64,000 nt of DNA from Bacilli bacterium (lineage in GTDB: Bacteria; Bacillota_I; Bacilli_A; RF39; UBA660): contig JAGAIS010000006.1 in assembly GCA_017626405.1 (NCBI GenBank), forward strand, positions 7,100 through 71,099, written 5' to 3'. The notes under the pieces were generated by a model that ran no database searches, was not told where the DNA came from, and saw only the letters and a program-made list of their open reading frames with translations. This document shows positions 26,639 to 34,657 of this stretch, in pieces; the stretch's first letter is position 1, and every line of letters begins with the position of its first letter. The translations under genes and the position numbers were made by a program.

Positions 26639-27305
26639 AGAACTTCCAGATAGTTCAAAACCTCGAGAAAAATTAATGTATTATGGAGTTGAAAATCTCA
26701 GTAATGCAGATTTACTTGGAATAATCTTGCGTACAGGTACTAAGGATACCAATGCAATTGATCTTGCCAATCATATATTAAATAAAGTTGGCAACATAAA
26801 TAATCTTGCTAATATTGGAATACGTGAATTATCAAATTTTAAAGGAGTTGGGAATGCCAAAGCTATTACAATATTAGCATCTATTGAGTTTGGTAAGAGA
26901 GTAACCAATAGAGAAATAACACCTAGAATGTCATTAAATAATTCGTTTTATGTTCACGAAGCATTTAAAAGTCATTTCAAAAACTTAAGACAAGAAAAGT
27001 TAATGGCTATATTTTTAGATAATAAAAAATGTTTGATTAACTATAAAACGCTTTTTATTGGAACTATAGACCGAACAATAATACATCCGAGAGAAATTTT
27101 TAATGAGGCTATAAAATATTCGGCTTCGGGAATAATAATAATGCATAATCATCCAAGTGGCTCACTAAAACCAAGTAAAGAGGATATTATCGCGACAAAA
27201 AATCTTATGGAATCTGGCAATATTATCGGTATACCGATACTTGACTCAATAATAACAAATGGAGAGGAGTATTATAGTTTTAATGATGAAAATAATGCAA
27301 CATAG
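26628..27305 (+). CDS. radC: RadC-family JAMM protein
   Basis: MKIRELP...KPREKL, an HhH region, and the JAMM motif HNHPSG...PS..D. Start moved to ATG 26628 (AGGTGA plus 5 nt). Confidence 0.85.
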   Translation: MKIRELPDSSKPREKLMYYGVENLSNADLLGIILRTGTKDTNAIDLANHILNKVGNINNLANIGIRELSNFKGVGNAKAITILASIEFGKRVTNREITPRMSLNNSFYVHEAFKSHFKNLRQEKLMAIFLDNKKCLINYKTLFIGTIDRTIIHPREIFNEAIKYSASGIIIMHNHPSGSLKPSKEDIIATKNLMESGNIIGIPILDSIITNGEEYYSFNDENNAT

Positions 27306-27942
27306 TTACTTGTACTTCGTTATTTTAATAATTATTCTATGTCATTCATTAATTATAAATCTAATTACTAATATAAGTGGATTTATAACTAACAATAGAA
27401 ATGAATACTTAACTGAAGTAAATATATTAAAAGAAGAAAATAACTATCTAAAAGAAGAAATAGATAATATAACTAAGCTTAATAGTTTTGCTAGTTACAA
27501 TTATAAATTGACGAGATTGAGTTATCGAAGCGTAAGTGATAAAAATATATTTTATATCAACGGAGGTAGAGATAATAATTTTCATGAAAACTATTTTCTT
27601 GTAAATGAACTTGGCTTAGTTGGAATTATAAATAAAGTAAATGATACATATTCAGAATGTTCTACAATATTAGATGCCAATAATTTAAGTATTAAAATAG
27701 GAGAATTTTATGGGACAATTAGTAAATATCAAGAAAATTATTTAGTAACTGAAGATTTCTCAAATAGGGATGATGTAAAATTAAACGACATTGTATATTC
27801 ATCAGAACTAGGAACAGTAAAGGAAAAGATTAAAATTGGGACAGTAAAGAAAATTGATAATACAAGTATAACTAAAAAGATCTATATCGAACCATTTGTC
27901 GATTTTAATAATATTAGTTATTTATATGTAATAGGTGAATAA
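27283..27942 (+). CDS. mreC: rod shape-determining protein MreC
   Basis: TM, coiled coil (LKEENNYLKEEIDNI), and beta domains (GLVGIINKV......STIL; SSELGTV...IKIGTVKKI). radC-mreC-mreD synteny. The start (27283, 27286 or 27295) is uncertain. Confidence 0.7.
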   Translation: MMKIMQHSYLYFVILIIILCHSLIINLITNISGFITNNRNEYLTEVNILKEENNYLKEEIDNITKLNSFASYNYKLTRLSYRSVSDKNIFYINGGRDNNFHENYFLVNELGLVGIINKVNDTYSECSTILDANNLSIKIGEFYGTISKYQENYLVTEDFSNRDDVKLNDIVYSSELGTVKEKIKIGTVKKIDNTSITKKIYIEPFVDFNNISYLYVIGE

Positions 27943-28298
27943 TGGGATATTTATTATTAGATACATTTATCAATAGTTATACTAAATATTCGATTTTTTC
28001 CTACCTTTATATCATAAATTTTATGTCGCTAAATAGTTTTATACCTTCTTTATTGTTACTATATCTTATTACTAATGATATTATATTTGTATTACTTTTA
28101 CTTTCTATTTATATTCTCAATCACTTAGTATTTAGATATATAAGATTTAATCTCATATCATCATTACCGTTGTTTATCGTATATTATATAATTATTTTCG
28201 GAATAAATTCCAGTTTAATTATCAATGTATTAATTGTTATATTACTCTATTTTAATAAATATAATAAATTAGGTGATATTTATAAAAAAGTTATATAA
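27942..28298 (+). CDS. mreD: MreD-like small polytopic membrane protein
   Basis: Called on position after mreC, size and hydrophobic profile only. Confidence 0.4.
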   Translation: MGYLLLDTFINSYTKYSIFSYLYIINFMSLNSFIPSLLLLYLITNDIIFVLLLLSIYILNHLVFRYIRFNLISSLPLFIVYYIIIFGINSSLIINVLIVILLYFNKYNKLGDIYKKVI

Positions 28299-28800
28299 AT
28301 ATATATCTAAAATATATCTTTCATTAATTCTATTTATTATTATTTCTATTATCTTAACGCAAAACAATTTGTATTATCAAGCATATAGAATTGTGTTCGA
28401 ATCAGATATTAATTTTCAATATATAAAGAGCAAGAGCAAATTCTTGCTTGGAAGTATAATTGATAATAAGAGTCATTTTGTTTCATCAAACAAATTAATA
28501 GCTAAAAAAATAGAAAAAATAGATAACTCTTATTACTTATACTTAGATACAAATTATGTAATTAATAATATCAATAGTGGGGTAGTTACCTTCATTGGAA
28601 ATAAAGACAATTTAGGAAAAACTGTTATTGTATCAAGCGATAATGGTATTAATTATTGGTATTCTAATATTGAAAATATCTCCGTAAATTTATACGATTA
28701 CATAGATACAGATACAATAATTGGAAGTATTATAGATGATCATCTAATACTGACATTAATGAAGGACAATAGGTATTTAGACTATGAAAATTACTATTAG
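28273..28800 (+). CDS. spoIVFA: SpoIVFA-like protein with a degenerate M23/LytM domain
   Basis: N-terminal TM. The LytM-like core G.VTFIGNKDNLGKTVIVSSDNGINYWYSNIENISVNLYDYIDTDTIIGSI lacks the metal-binding His. Directly precedes and overlaps spoIVFB. GTG start is uncertain. Confidence 0.45.
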   Translation: MIFIKKLYKYISKIYLSLILFIIISIILTQNNLYYQAYRIVFESDINFQYIKSKSKFLLGSIIDNKSHFVSSNKLIAKKIEKIDNSYYLYLDTNYVINNINSGVVTFIGNKDNLGKTVIVSSDNGINYWYSNIENISVNLYDYIDTDTIIGSIIDDHLILTLMKDNRYLDYENYY

Positions 28801-29512
28801 CATATTTACATATATATTCTATATTATCTTAATACTATCAGGATATATTAATTATTTAATAATATATCTTTTTATTATGTCGTTCCATGAACTTGGACAT
28901 ATAATTTCTATTAAACTATTTAAATATATAATTGAAGAGATAGTAATTCTTCCTTGCGGAGGAATAATTAAGACGAATATTTCAATTAATATAAACAGCA
29001 TCAAACAATTTATAATTAGTGTTTCAGGAATATTGTTTCAATTAATTCTTCTACTAATAATAAAGAATAATGGATCTTATCTATATTCGATATTCTATAA
29101 ATTAAACATTTCTATAATAATATTTAATCTGACTCCCATATATCCATTAGATGGATATAAAATTTTACTATCGATAATGGAATATTTTTATAAATATAAA
29201 ATTATAATTAAAATATCTTATATAATCAGTATAATATCTCTATTATTTGTTTTTGTATCAACAAAAAATATTTTTATCTTTATATTTCTATATATTATAA
29301 ATGTTAAATATATTTTAAATCATAAGTATTATTATAATAAATTCATTTTAGAGAGATATTTAAATTCTACTAAACATCATAGAATAAAGATAGTAGATGG
29401 GATATGTGATTTTTATAAATGCTTTAATAATATAATGATTGTTAATGGCAAAATCGTAAAAGAGAGGGAAATATTAGAAAATACCTATAAATCAATTGAC
29501 AAAATAATGTAA
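28784..29512 (+). CDS. spoIVFB: SpoIVFB-type site-2 (M50) intramembrane metalloprotease
   Basis: HELGH in a TM helix, NLTPIYPLDGYKIL (NxxPxxxLDG), polytopic. Position immediately upstream of rplU-ysxB-rpmA, as in B. subtilis. Confidence 0.75.
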   Translation: MKITISIFTYIFYIILILSGYINYLIIYLFIMSFHELGHIISIKLFKYIIEEIVILPCGGIIKTNISININSIKQFIISVSGILFQLILLLIIKNNGSYLYSIFYKLNISIIIFNLTPIYPLDGYKILLSIMEYFYKYKIIIKISYIISIISLLFVFVSTKNIFIFIFLYIINVKYILNHKYYYNKFILERYLNSTKHHRIKIVDGICDFYKCFNNIMIVNGKIVKEREILENTYKSIDKIM

Positions 29513-29524
29513 ATCATTTATAAT
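29496..29524 (+). promoter_or_regulatory. consensus sigma-A promoter of the rplU operon (TTGACA-17-TATAAT)
   Basis: TTGACA at 29496-29501 lies inside the last codons of spoIVFB. A 17-nt spacer follows, then TATAAT at 29519-29524. Confidence 0.65.
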
Positions 29525-29530
29525 TTAACA

Positions 29531-29615
29531 TGTTTGTAAGTGTTCATTACAAACCGCACTGAAAAGGTTAAAGAGATTGATTCCACCTTAAAGGCGAGTC
29601 TTCAAAATTTATAAG
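29531..29615 (+). promoter_or_regulatory. structured 5' leader of rplU (possible L21-leader-type element)
   Basis: About 95-nt untranslated leader containing the hairpin gtttgtaa-N7-ttacaaac (29532-29554) and a relatively GC-richer segment. A ribosomal-protein L21 leader motif is known upstream of rplU in Firmicutes, but I cannot verify a consensus match. Confidence 0.3.
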
Positions 29616-29626
29616 GAGGTATAGTA

Positions 29627-29926
29627 ATGAAAGCAATATTTGTAACTGGTGGTAAACAATACTACGTATCAGAAGGCGATGTTATCTATGTTGAAAAATT
29701 AGATGCAGAAGCTGGTCAAACAATAGAATTTAAAGAAGTTTTATGTGTTGGCGACAAAACTGGTACTCCATATGTAAAAGGAGCAACAGTCACTTGTGAA
29801 GTAGAAAAACATGGTAAAGCTAAGAAAATTGTAGTATTCAAGTATAGACCTAAAAAGAAATATCGTAATAAACAAGGTCATAGACAACCATATACTAAAC
29901 TTGTTGTTAAAAAGATTGTAGGTTAA
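29627..29926 (+). CDS. rplU: 50S ribosomal protein L21
   Basis: MKAIF..GGKQY.V.EGD...VEKL; AAGGAGG SD. Confidence 0.95.
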   Translation: MKAIFVTGGKQYYVSEGDVIYVEKLDAEAGQTIEFKEVLCVGDKTGTPYVKGATVTCEVEKHGKAKKIVVFKYRPKKKYRNKQGHRQPYTKLVVKKIVG

Positions 29927-29927
29927 T

Positions 29928-30221
29928 ATGATAGTTATTAAAAGAGAAGATAATAAGATTACTATTCTCGGGCATGCTGATTATAGCAATAAAGAAGATA
30001 TTGTTTGTTCTAGTGTATCTTCAATAATGTATACGACAGTAAATGCCTGTTTAAGATTAAATAACAAATCCATCGATTATAAAGATAATGGTAAGTTGGT
30101 AGTAATTGAAAATATAACTAAAGATGAAATAACTAATGAATTATTATTAAATATGATGTCATTATTTCAAGATTTATCTTCTAAATATCCAAAAAATATT
30201 AGAATTGAAAGCGAGGAATAA
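29928..30221 (+). CDS. prp: ribosomal-processing cysteine protease Prp (YsxB)
   Basis: GHADYS...DIVCSSVSS (catalytic His/Cys); lies between rplU and rpmA. Confidence 0.85.
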   Translation: MIVIKREDNKITILGHADYSNKEDIVCSSVSSIMYTTVNACLRLNNKSIDYKDNGKLVVIENITKDEITNELLLNMMSLFQDLSSKYPKNIRIESEE

Positions 30222-30225
30222 GATT

Positions 30226-30525
30226 ATGAAAGATTTATATCTATTAGTATCTTTAAATATCGAACGTTTCGCCCATGTTAAAGCACAAGGTTCAACACAC
30301 AATGGTCGTGATAGTGAAGGTAGAAGACTTGGAGCAAAAGTTGCTGATGGTCAAGTAATTAATGCTGGATCTATTATCTATAGACAAAGAGGAACAAAGA
30401 TTTATCCTGGTAAAAACGTTGGTATGGGAAAAGATCATACATTATTTGCTCTTGTTAAGGGTACCGTTAAATTCGAAAGATGCGGAAGAGACAAGAAAAA
30501 AGCAAGTGTTTACGAAGTTAAGTAA
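30226..30525 (+). CDS. rpmA: 50S ribosomal protein L27 with an N-terminal propeptide
   Basis: [20 protein letters not shown]......[21 protein letters not shown]. Start moved to ATG 30226 (GAGGAA SD). The predicted Prp site is ...NIERF|AHVKAQ. Confidence 0.9.
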   Translation: MKDLYLLVSLNIERFAHVKAQGSTHNGRDSEGRRLGAKVADGQVINAGSIIYRQRGTKIYPGKNVGMGKDHTLFALVKGTVKFERCGRDKKKASVYEVK

Positions 30526-30538
30526 ACACTTTTTCTTT
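30504..30538 (+). terminator. rho-independent terminator after rpmA
   Basis: 10-bp stem aagtgtttac/gtaaacactt overlapping the last rpmA codons, followed by a T-rich run. Confidence 0.6.
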
Positions 30539-30569
30539 GCATTAATACTATATTATTATATAAAGAACC

Positions 30570-30598
30570 TTGTTAGAAAAAAGCAAGTATGCTATAAT
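30570..30598 (+). promoter_or_regulatory. sigma-A-like promoter of trmB (TTGTTA-17-TGcTATAAT)
   Basis: TTGTTA at 30570-30575 and TATAAT at 30593-30598 with an upstream TG. This shows that the ORF-track start at 30570 is not coding. Confidence 0.55.
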
Positions 30599-30614
30599 GA
30601 GACCGGTGATAAAT

Positions 30615-31253
30615 ATGCGCTATAACGTAGTTAAAGATGCGAAATCGATTATTCATAATAGTCGGATTTTAGTAAATAATCCAGAAAAATCAAAGAATAA
30701 TTGGAACAATGTATTTGGAAATAAAAATCCAATATGTCTTGAACTTGGAATGGGTAGAGGGTCATTTATTATAGATATGGCTTTAAAACATCCTAATATC
30801 AATTTTATTGGTTTAGAATTAGATGAATCACAGACGGCAACAGCGATTAAAAATGTCGGATCAAAAACGATTCCTAATTTGCGAATGATTTGCGATGATG
30901 CTGCTAATATAATTAATATTTTTGGTCGTGAAATTGATACTATATATTTGACATTCTCTGAACCATGGCCTAAAAAGATTGATGAAAAGAAGAGATTTAC
31001 TTCTATTAACTATTTAAAATTGTATGATAGAATATTTAAGAAAAATAAACATATAATTCTTAAAACAGACAATAAAATATTATTTGCATCTTCTCTAGAA
31101 AGTTTGAGTGATTATTGGTATACATTCGATAAAGTTAGTTTAGATTTACATAACGATGAGAGACATATCGATACATGTATTACTGATTTTGAAAGCCAAT
31201 ATATTAAAGAGGGAAGACCTATTTATTATCTTGATGCATCATTTAAAATATAA
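30615..31253 (+). CDS. trmB: tRNA (guanine46-N7)-methyltransferase
   Basis: From MRYNVVKD the protein aligns with B. subtilis TrmB (W..VFGN.NP...E.G.G.G.F, FSEPWPKK...KRR). GGTGA SD. Confidence 0.85.
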   Translation: MRYNVVKDAKSIIHNSRILVNNPEKSKNNWNNVFGNKNPICLELGMGRGSFIIDMALKHPNINFIGLELDESQTATAIKNVGSKTIPNLRMICDDAANIINIFGREIDTIYLTFSEPWPKKIDEKKRFTSINYLKLYDRIFKKNKHIILKTDNKILFASSLESLSDYWYTFDKVSLDLHNDERHIDTCITDFESQYIKEGRPIYYLDASFKI

Positions 31254-31311
31254 AAATGTATTTTTGTACATTTTTTTTGTTTTCAAAAATAATATTATAA
31301 TAGGTGATGTT

Positions 31312-31650
31312 ATGGATAAGAAAGATGAATTTAAGAAATTTGTAAGTAATCATCCTAATATAGTAGAATTTGTGAAGAATAAAGAAATGACATTTCAAGA
31401 TTTCTATGAAATATATGACATATATGGGGAAGATAGTAATGTATGGGATAAGTACTTTAATCGTGTTGGTACTGGTGATGATAAGATTAAAGAACTTACA
31501 AGTATATTTAAAAACATTAATATGGATAATATTGAAAAACACATCAATAATGCCCAAAAAGCTATTGGAATAATTCAAGAACTAACTAAAAAGACTCCTG
31601 AAGTAAAGACGATAGTTGAAAATCCGGTGAAAAATATATTTGGTGATTAG
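31312..31650 (+). CDS. ylbD: YlbD-like protein (putative coat protein family)
   Basis: DEFKKFVSNHPNIVEFVKNKEMTFQDFYEIYDIYGEDSNVWDKY parallels B. subtilis YlbD (FKEFVKKHPKMIKEVRKDNKTWQEVYENWYLLGEEDPMWDPY). Start moved to ATG 31312 (AGGTGA SD). Confidence 0.55.
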   Translation: MDKKDEFKKFVSNHPNIVEFVKNKEMTFQDFYEIYDIYGEDSNVWDKYFNRVGTGDDKIKELTSIFKNINMDNIEKHINNAQKAIGIIQELTKKTPEVKTIVENPVKNIFGD

Positions 31651-31872
31651 ATGGAACTTGATATATTATTAAAAATTAAAAGTAATAAAAAATTATATGA
31701 TTATTTGCATAGTCATAGTTATTACTATCGATATTTAAATAGAGATAGAAACTTTTATGATAAATTATTAAAAATCTATAAAAAAGATAACAGAAATAAT
31801 AACATCAACAAATTCAATGAAGTTATTGATAATGCAGAAATGATTTCGAATATACTAAAAGTTGTAGAGTAA
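31651..31872 (+). CDS. ylbE: YlbE-like protein
   Basis: 73 aa. The pattern L....P.YYRYL.R....Y..L resembles YlbE; lies immediately after ylbD, as in B. subtilis. Confidence 0.45.
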   Translation: MELDILLKIKSNKKLYDYLHSHSYYYRYLNRDRNFYDKLLKIYKKDNRNNNINKFNEVIDNAEMISNILKVVE

Positions 31873-31893
31873 GAGTAATCTTATTCTTTTTTT
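31867..31893 (+). terminator. rho-independent terminator after ylbE
   Basis: Stem gagtaaga/tcttattc (one G-U pair), loop gtaa, then T7. Confidence 0.5.
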
Positions 31894-31894
31894 A

Positions 31895-31923
31895 TTGAAA
31901 AAAAAGAATTACTATCTTATAAT
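31895..31923 (+). promoter_or_regulatory. sigma-A-like promoter (TTGAAA-17-TATAAT) of the pilin-adhesin gene
   Basis: TTGAAA at 31895-31900, a 17-nt spacer, TATAAT at 31918-31923. Confidence 0.55.
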
Positions 31924-31956
31924 TGTATATAGAATAGAAAGATAGGTTTGATGATA

Positions 31957-33975
31957 ATGAGAAAGAAAAATGGTTTTACTCTTGTCGAATTGCTTGCTGT
32001 TATTATTGTACTAGCACTCATTATGGTAATTGCGATTCCATCAGTAATGGATGCTATGAATAAAGCGAAAAAGGAAAACTTTTTCCTATTTGTACAAAGT
32101 TTAAATAGCAAAGCAACAAATAGATATATTCAAGAGTCTGATATCGATCCCGATATCGCATCGTGTGCTGTATACGATATATCAACAGATTTAGATTTAT
32201 CGAATACAGGAGAATATGAAGGTTGGGTTAAAGTTGAGAGAACACCAGTCAATTCAGGATATAACTCGGTAAGTATTGATGTTTCATCTTCTACAGCTCT
32301 TCAGGGAGTTAAATACTGTGTTATTAAAGGTAGCAAATGTGTGCCGAATACATCTTTTAAAGTGGAAGAGGGAAGTTCAAAAGCAACAGTTACTAAAAGA
32401 TTAAAAGAAGGACAAGTGTTATGTGTTAACTACCAATATACTACGGGTAATACAGTTAATACATCAGGAACAACTTGTAAGTCTTATTCTGATGGAACCG
32501 CATCTAATGATACATACGATTATAAAGTAGAAGTTACATTGACTGATAAAGCATATGTTGTTCAAGATTATGCATTAGTCGGTGGAGACAATATTAAAAA
32601 AACTGATTTTTATAAATTGTTAGATAGTAATAAGTCAGCCCCTCCTTTAGGAGATACTAAGAATCCTACAAAGATAGCGTCTCCTAGATGTAGTACAGAA
32701 GAAGCTGTTACATATAAAGGAATTACAGATACTAAAACAACACTTATTACTACGACATCAACAACTAAGAAAACATGTGATATAACATCGACAGTAAGTA
32801 ATCAATACAGAATTAAATTTAACACATATGGTGGAACTAAGATAGATCCTATTGAAACATGTACTACATGCAATAGTAATGAAACTTTACCTATTCCAAA
32901 GAGAGATGGTTATACTTTCGGTGGATGGTATTTTGATACGACATTTACAAAACCAGTTAATGGAGTATATGTAAATAACATTACAACAGAAGAAAAATAT
33001 GATTCGGGTGGATGTTTATCAGGATATAAAGATGTTAGTTTATATGCTAAATGGAATAGTGATGCAACGACAACAACAACTAAAGGAACACAAATAATTG
33101 ATCCAAATTCAACGACAACTAGAGGAAGTTCTGAAGTTACTACATCTACAACTACAGAGAGATCAAGTAATACAGTCACTACAACTACAACAAATAGAGA
33201 TAAAACTGATTATTCATTACTACTTAAGAGTTTAACTATTGGCGGATATGATATTGGTTTTGATTCTCTAGAATACACTTATGCAATAAATGTACCAAAT
33301 AGTCAAACTAGTCTAAATATATCTTATGAGGCAATGGAACCAGAAAATGTTCAAGTTACTGTCATAGGAAATGATAACTTAAATGTTGGTACAAACAATG
33401 TAAATGTAGAAGTATTCAATATCTATACGGGAAAGAGATTAATGTATAGAATATATGTTAAGAGATTTGGAGCAAATGAAGTATATGATCCTCATGCTAC
33501 TAAACCGATAGAGAATCCAAACGGAGATCCCGATGCACCAGATCCAACATTAGAAGAATCAAATGCTCAATTAAAGAGTTTATTAATATCAGGATATATC
33601 CTTAAATTTGATCCTCAAATCTACGAATACGACTTAGAGATTGCCGATGAGGAAACATTGAATGTGTCTTATAGGGCAGCATCCTCAAAGGCTACAGTAG
33701 TTGTAACTGGAAATGAAAATATTAAAGATGGATCTGTAATTGAAGTATATGTTCAAAGTCAAAATGGATATTACAATAAAACTTATAAAGTTAATCTAAA
33801 GAGAAATGTACCTGAGTCTAATACGACGAAAGTATTAAGAACTGTAGCTATTGGCTTAGGAGCGACGCTAGTTATACTACTTATAGTTACGGCAATAAAT
33901 AAGAAAAACGGTTCGAGAATAGTTAAGAAAACTAATAATCAACCATATACAAGTACTACTACGGGAGAAAAATAA
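31957..33975 (+). CDS. type IV pilin-like protein fused to a Listeria-Bacteroides-type repeat, Thr-rich linkers, two cadherin-like beta-sandwich modules and a C-terminal TM anchor
   Basis: MRKKNG|FTLVELLAVIIVLALIMVIAIPS (prepilin motif with Glu5). A pilin head paralogous to the 34070 gene. YRIKFNTYGG.......LPIPKRDGYTFGGWYFD (Flg_new-type repeat). TTTT linkers. Two L.SL.I.GY...F....Y.Y ... Y.I.VKR modules. TM VLRTVAIGLGATLVILLIVTAI. Start is 31951 or 31957. Confidence 0.7.
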   Translation: MRKKNGFTLVELLAVIIVLALIMVIAIPSVMDAMNKAKKENFFLFVQSLNSKATNRYIQESDIDPDIASCAVYDISTDLDLSNTGEYEGWVKVERTPVNSGYNSVSIDVSSSTALQGVKYCVIKGSKCVPNTSFKVEEGSSKATVTKRLKEGQVLCVNYQYTTGNTVNTSGTTCKSYSDGTASNDTYDYKVEVTLTDKAYVVQDYALVGGDNIKKTDFYKLLDSNKSAPPLGDTKNPTKIASPRCSTEEAVTYKGITDTKTTLITTTSTTKKTCDITSTVSNQYRIKFNTYGGTKIDPIETCTTCNSNETLPIPKRDGYTFGGWYFDTTFTKPVNGVYVNNITTEEKYDSGGCLSGYKDVSLYAKWNSDATTTTTKGTQIIDPNSTTTRGSSEVTTSTTTERSSNTVTTTTTNRDKTDYSLLLKSLTIGGYDIGFDSLEYTYAINVPNSQTSLNISYEAMEPENVQVTVIGNDNLNVGTNNVNVEVFNIYTGKRLMYRIYVKRFGANEVYDPHATKPIENPNGDPDAPDPTLEESNAQLKSLLISGYILKFDPQIYEYDLEIADEETLNVSYRAASSKATVVVTGNENIKDGSVIEVYVQSQNGYYNKTYKVNLKRNVPESNTTKVLRTVAIGLGATLVILLIVTAINKKNGSRIVKKTNNQPYTSTTTGEK

Positions 33976-34014
33976 TTTTCCGTAGTAAACTTGATATAAA
34001 ATATTCAATTAGTA

Positions 34015-34043
34015 TTGACTAAAAATATAATAAAATATATAAT
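34015..34043 (+). promoter_or_regulatory. near-consensus sigma-A promoter (TTGACT-17-TATAAT) of the major pilin gene
   Basis: TTGACT at 34015-34020, a 17-nt spacer, TATAAT at 34038-34043. Confidence 0.6.
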
Positions 34044-34069
34044 AAAATTATGATAGAGAGGAAATATTT

Positions 34070-34585
34070 ATGAAGAAGAAAAATGGTTTTACTTTAGTTG
34101 AATTATTAGCAGTTATCGTTGTACTAGCATTAATTATGGTTATTGCTATACCATCAGTACTTGATGCAATGAATAAAGCTAGAAGGAGTGCATTTGTTGA
34201 ATATGCTCAAAAAGTAATTAATAATACAACAACAGAATATACTTTTGATGCAAGTGCTACTATTCCTGGAGTTGGTATTTATGTTTATGACATTACTCAA
34301 GATTTAGGAAATTTACATTCAGGAAGCTACAAAGGATATGTTGTAGTTGATGCTACTGATGTTGACAAACCTAGATATATCTTAACTATGTGGGATGATA
34401 ACTATCAAATCGTATCATTTGATACTTCAAGAGGTTATCCAACAACTGATACTGCAGAGATTACAGGTGTAACTCAATCAACTAAAAATTTAACTGCTAT
34501 TGATGCTTGCTCAGCTGTTTCTTCAACAGATCCTTGTTATAATAGACAAGGCTATGTTCTAAAAGCTGGAAACGCAACAGAATAA
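34070..34585 (+). CDS. type IV major pilin-like protein
   Basis: MKKKNG|FTLVELLAVIVVLALIMVIAIPS; 171 aa. Monocistronic, between a strong promoter and a terminator. GAGAGG SD. Confidence 0.8.
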   Translation: MKKKNGFTLVELLAVIVVLALIMVIAIPSVLDAMNKARRSAFVEYAQKVINNTTTEYTFDASATIPGVGIYVYDITQDLGNLHSGSYKGYVVVDATDVDKPRYILTMWDDNYQIVSFDTSRGYPTTDTAEITGVTQSTKNLTAIDACSAVSSTDPCYNRQGYVLKAGNATE

Positions 34586-34601
34586 TTTAATAAATAAAAA
34601 G

Positions 34602-34628
34602 TCAACTATATATTAGTTGATTTTTTTA
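34602..34628 (+). terminator. rho-independent terminator after the pilin gene
   Basis: Stem tcaacta/tagttga, loop tatat, then T7. Confidence 0.55.
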
Positions 34629-34637
34629 TGTTATAAT
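34629..34637 (+). promoter_or_regulatory. extended -10 element (TGtTATAAT) for nfo
   Basis: Lies directly after the terminator T-run, 20 nt upstream of ATG 34658. Confidence 0.4.
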
Positions 34638-34657
34638 TTATATGTTAGGTGATAATT

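Noticed and set aside
30362-30625. A + strand 87-aa ORF overlapping rpmA and the trmB promoter.
   Set aside because: It is out of frame inside the highly conserved L27 coding sequence and runs through the rpmA terminator and the trmB promoter.
31156-31311. N-terminal extensions in the ORF track: ylbD from 31156, trmB from 30570, rpsU from 52603, the recombinase from 7349, the lipoprotein from 52546, and gerE from 9498.
   Set aside because: The extensions overlap upstream genes, terminators or clear promoters. Internal start codons with proper AGGTGA/GGAGG spacing give N-termini that match the protein families.
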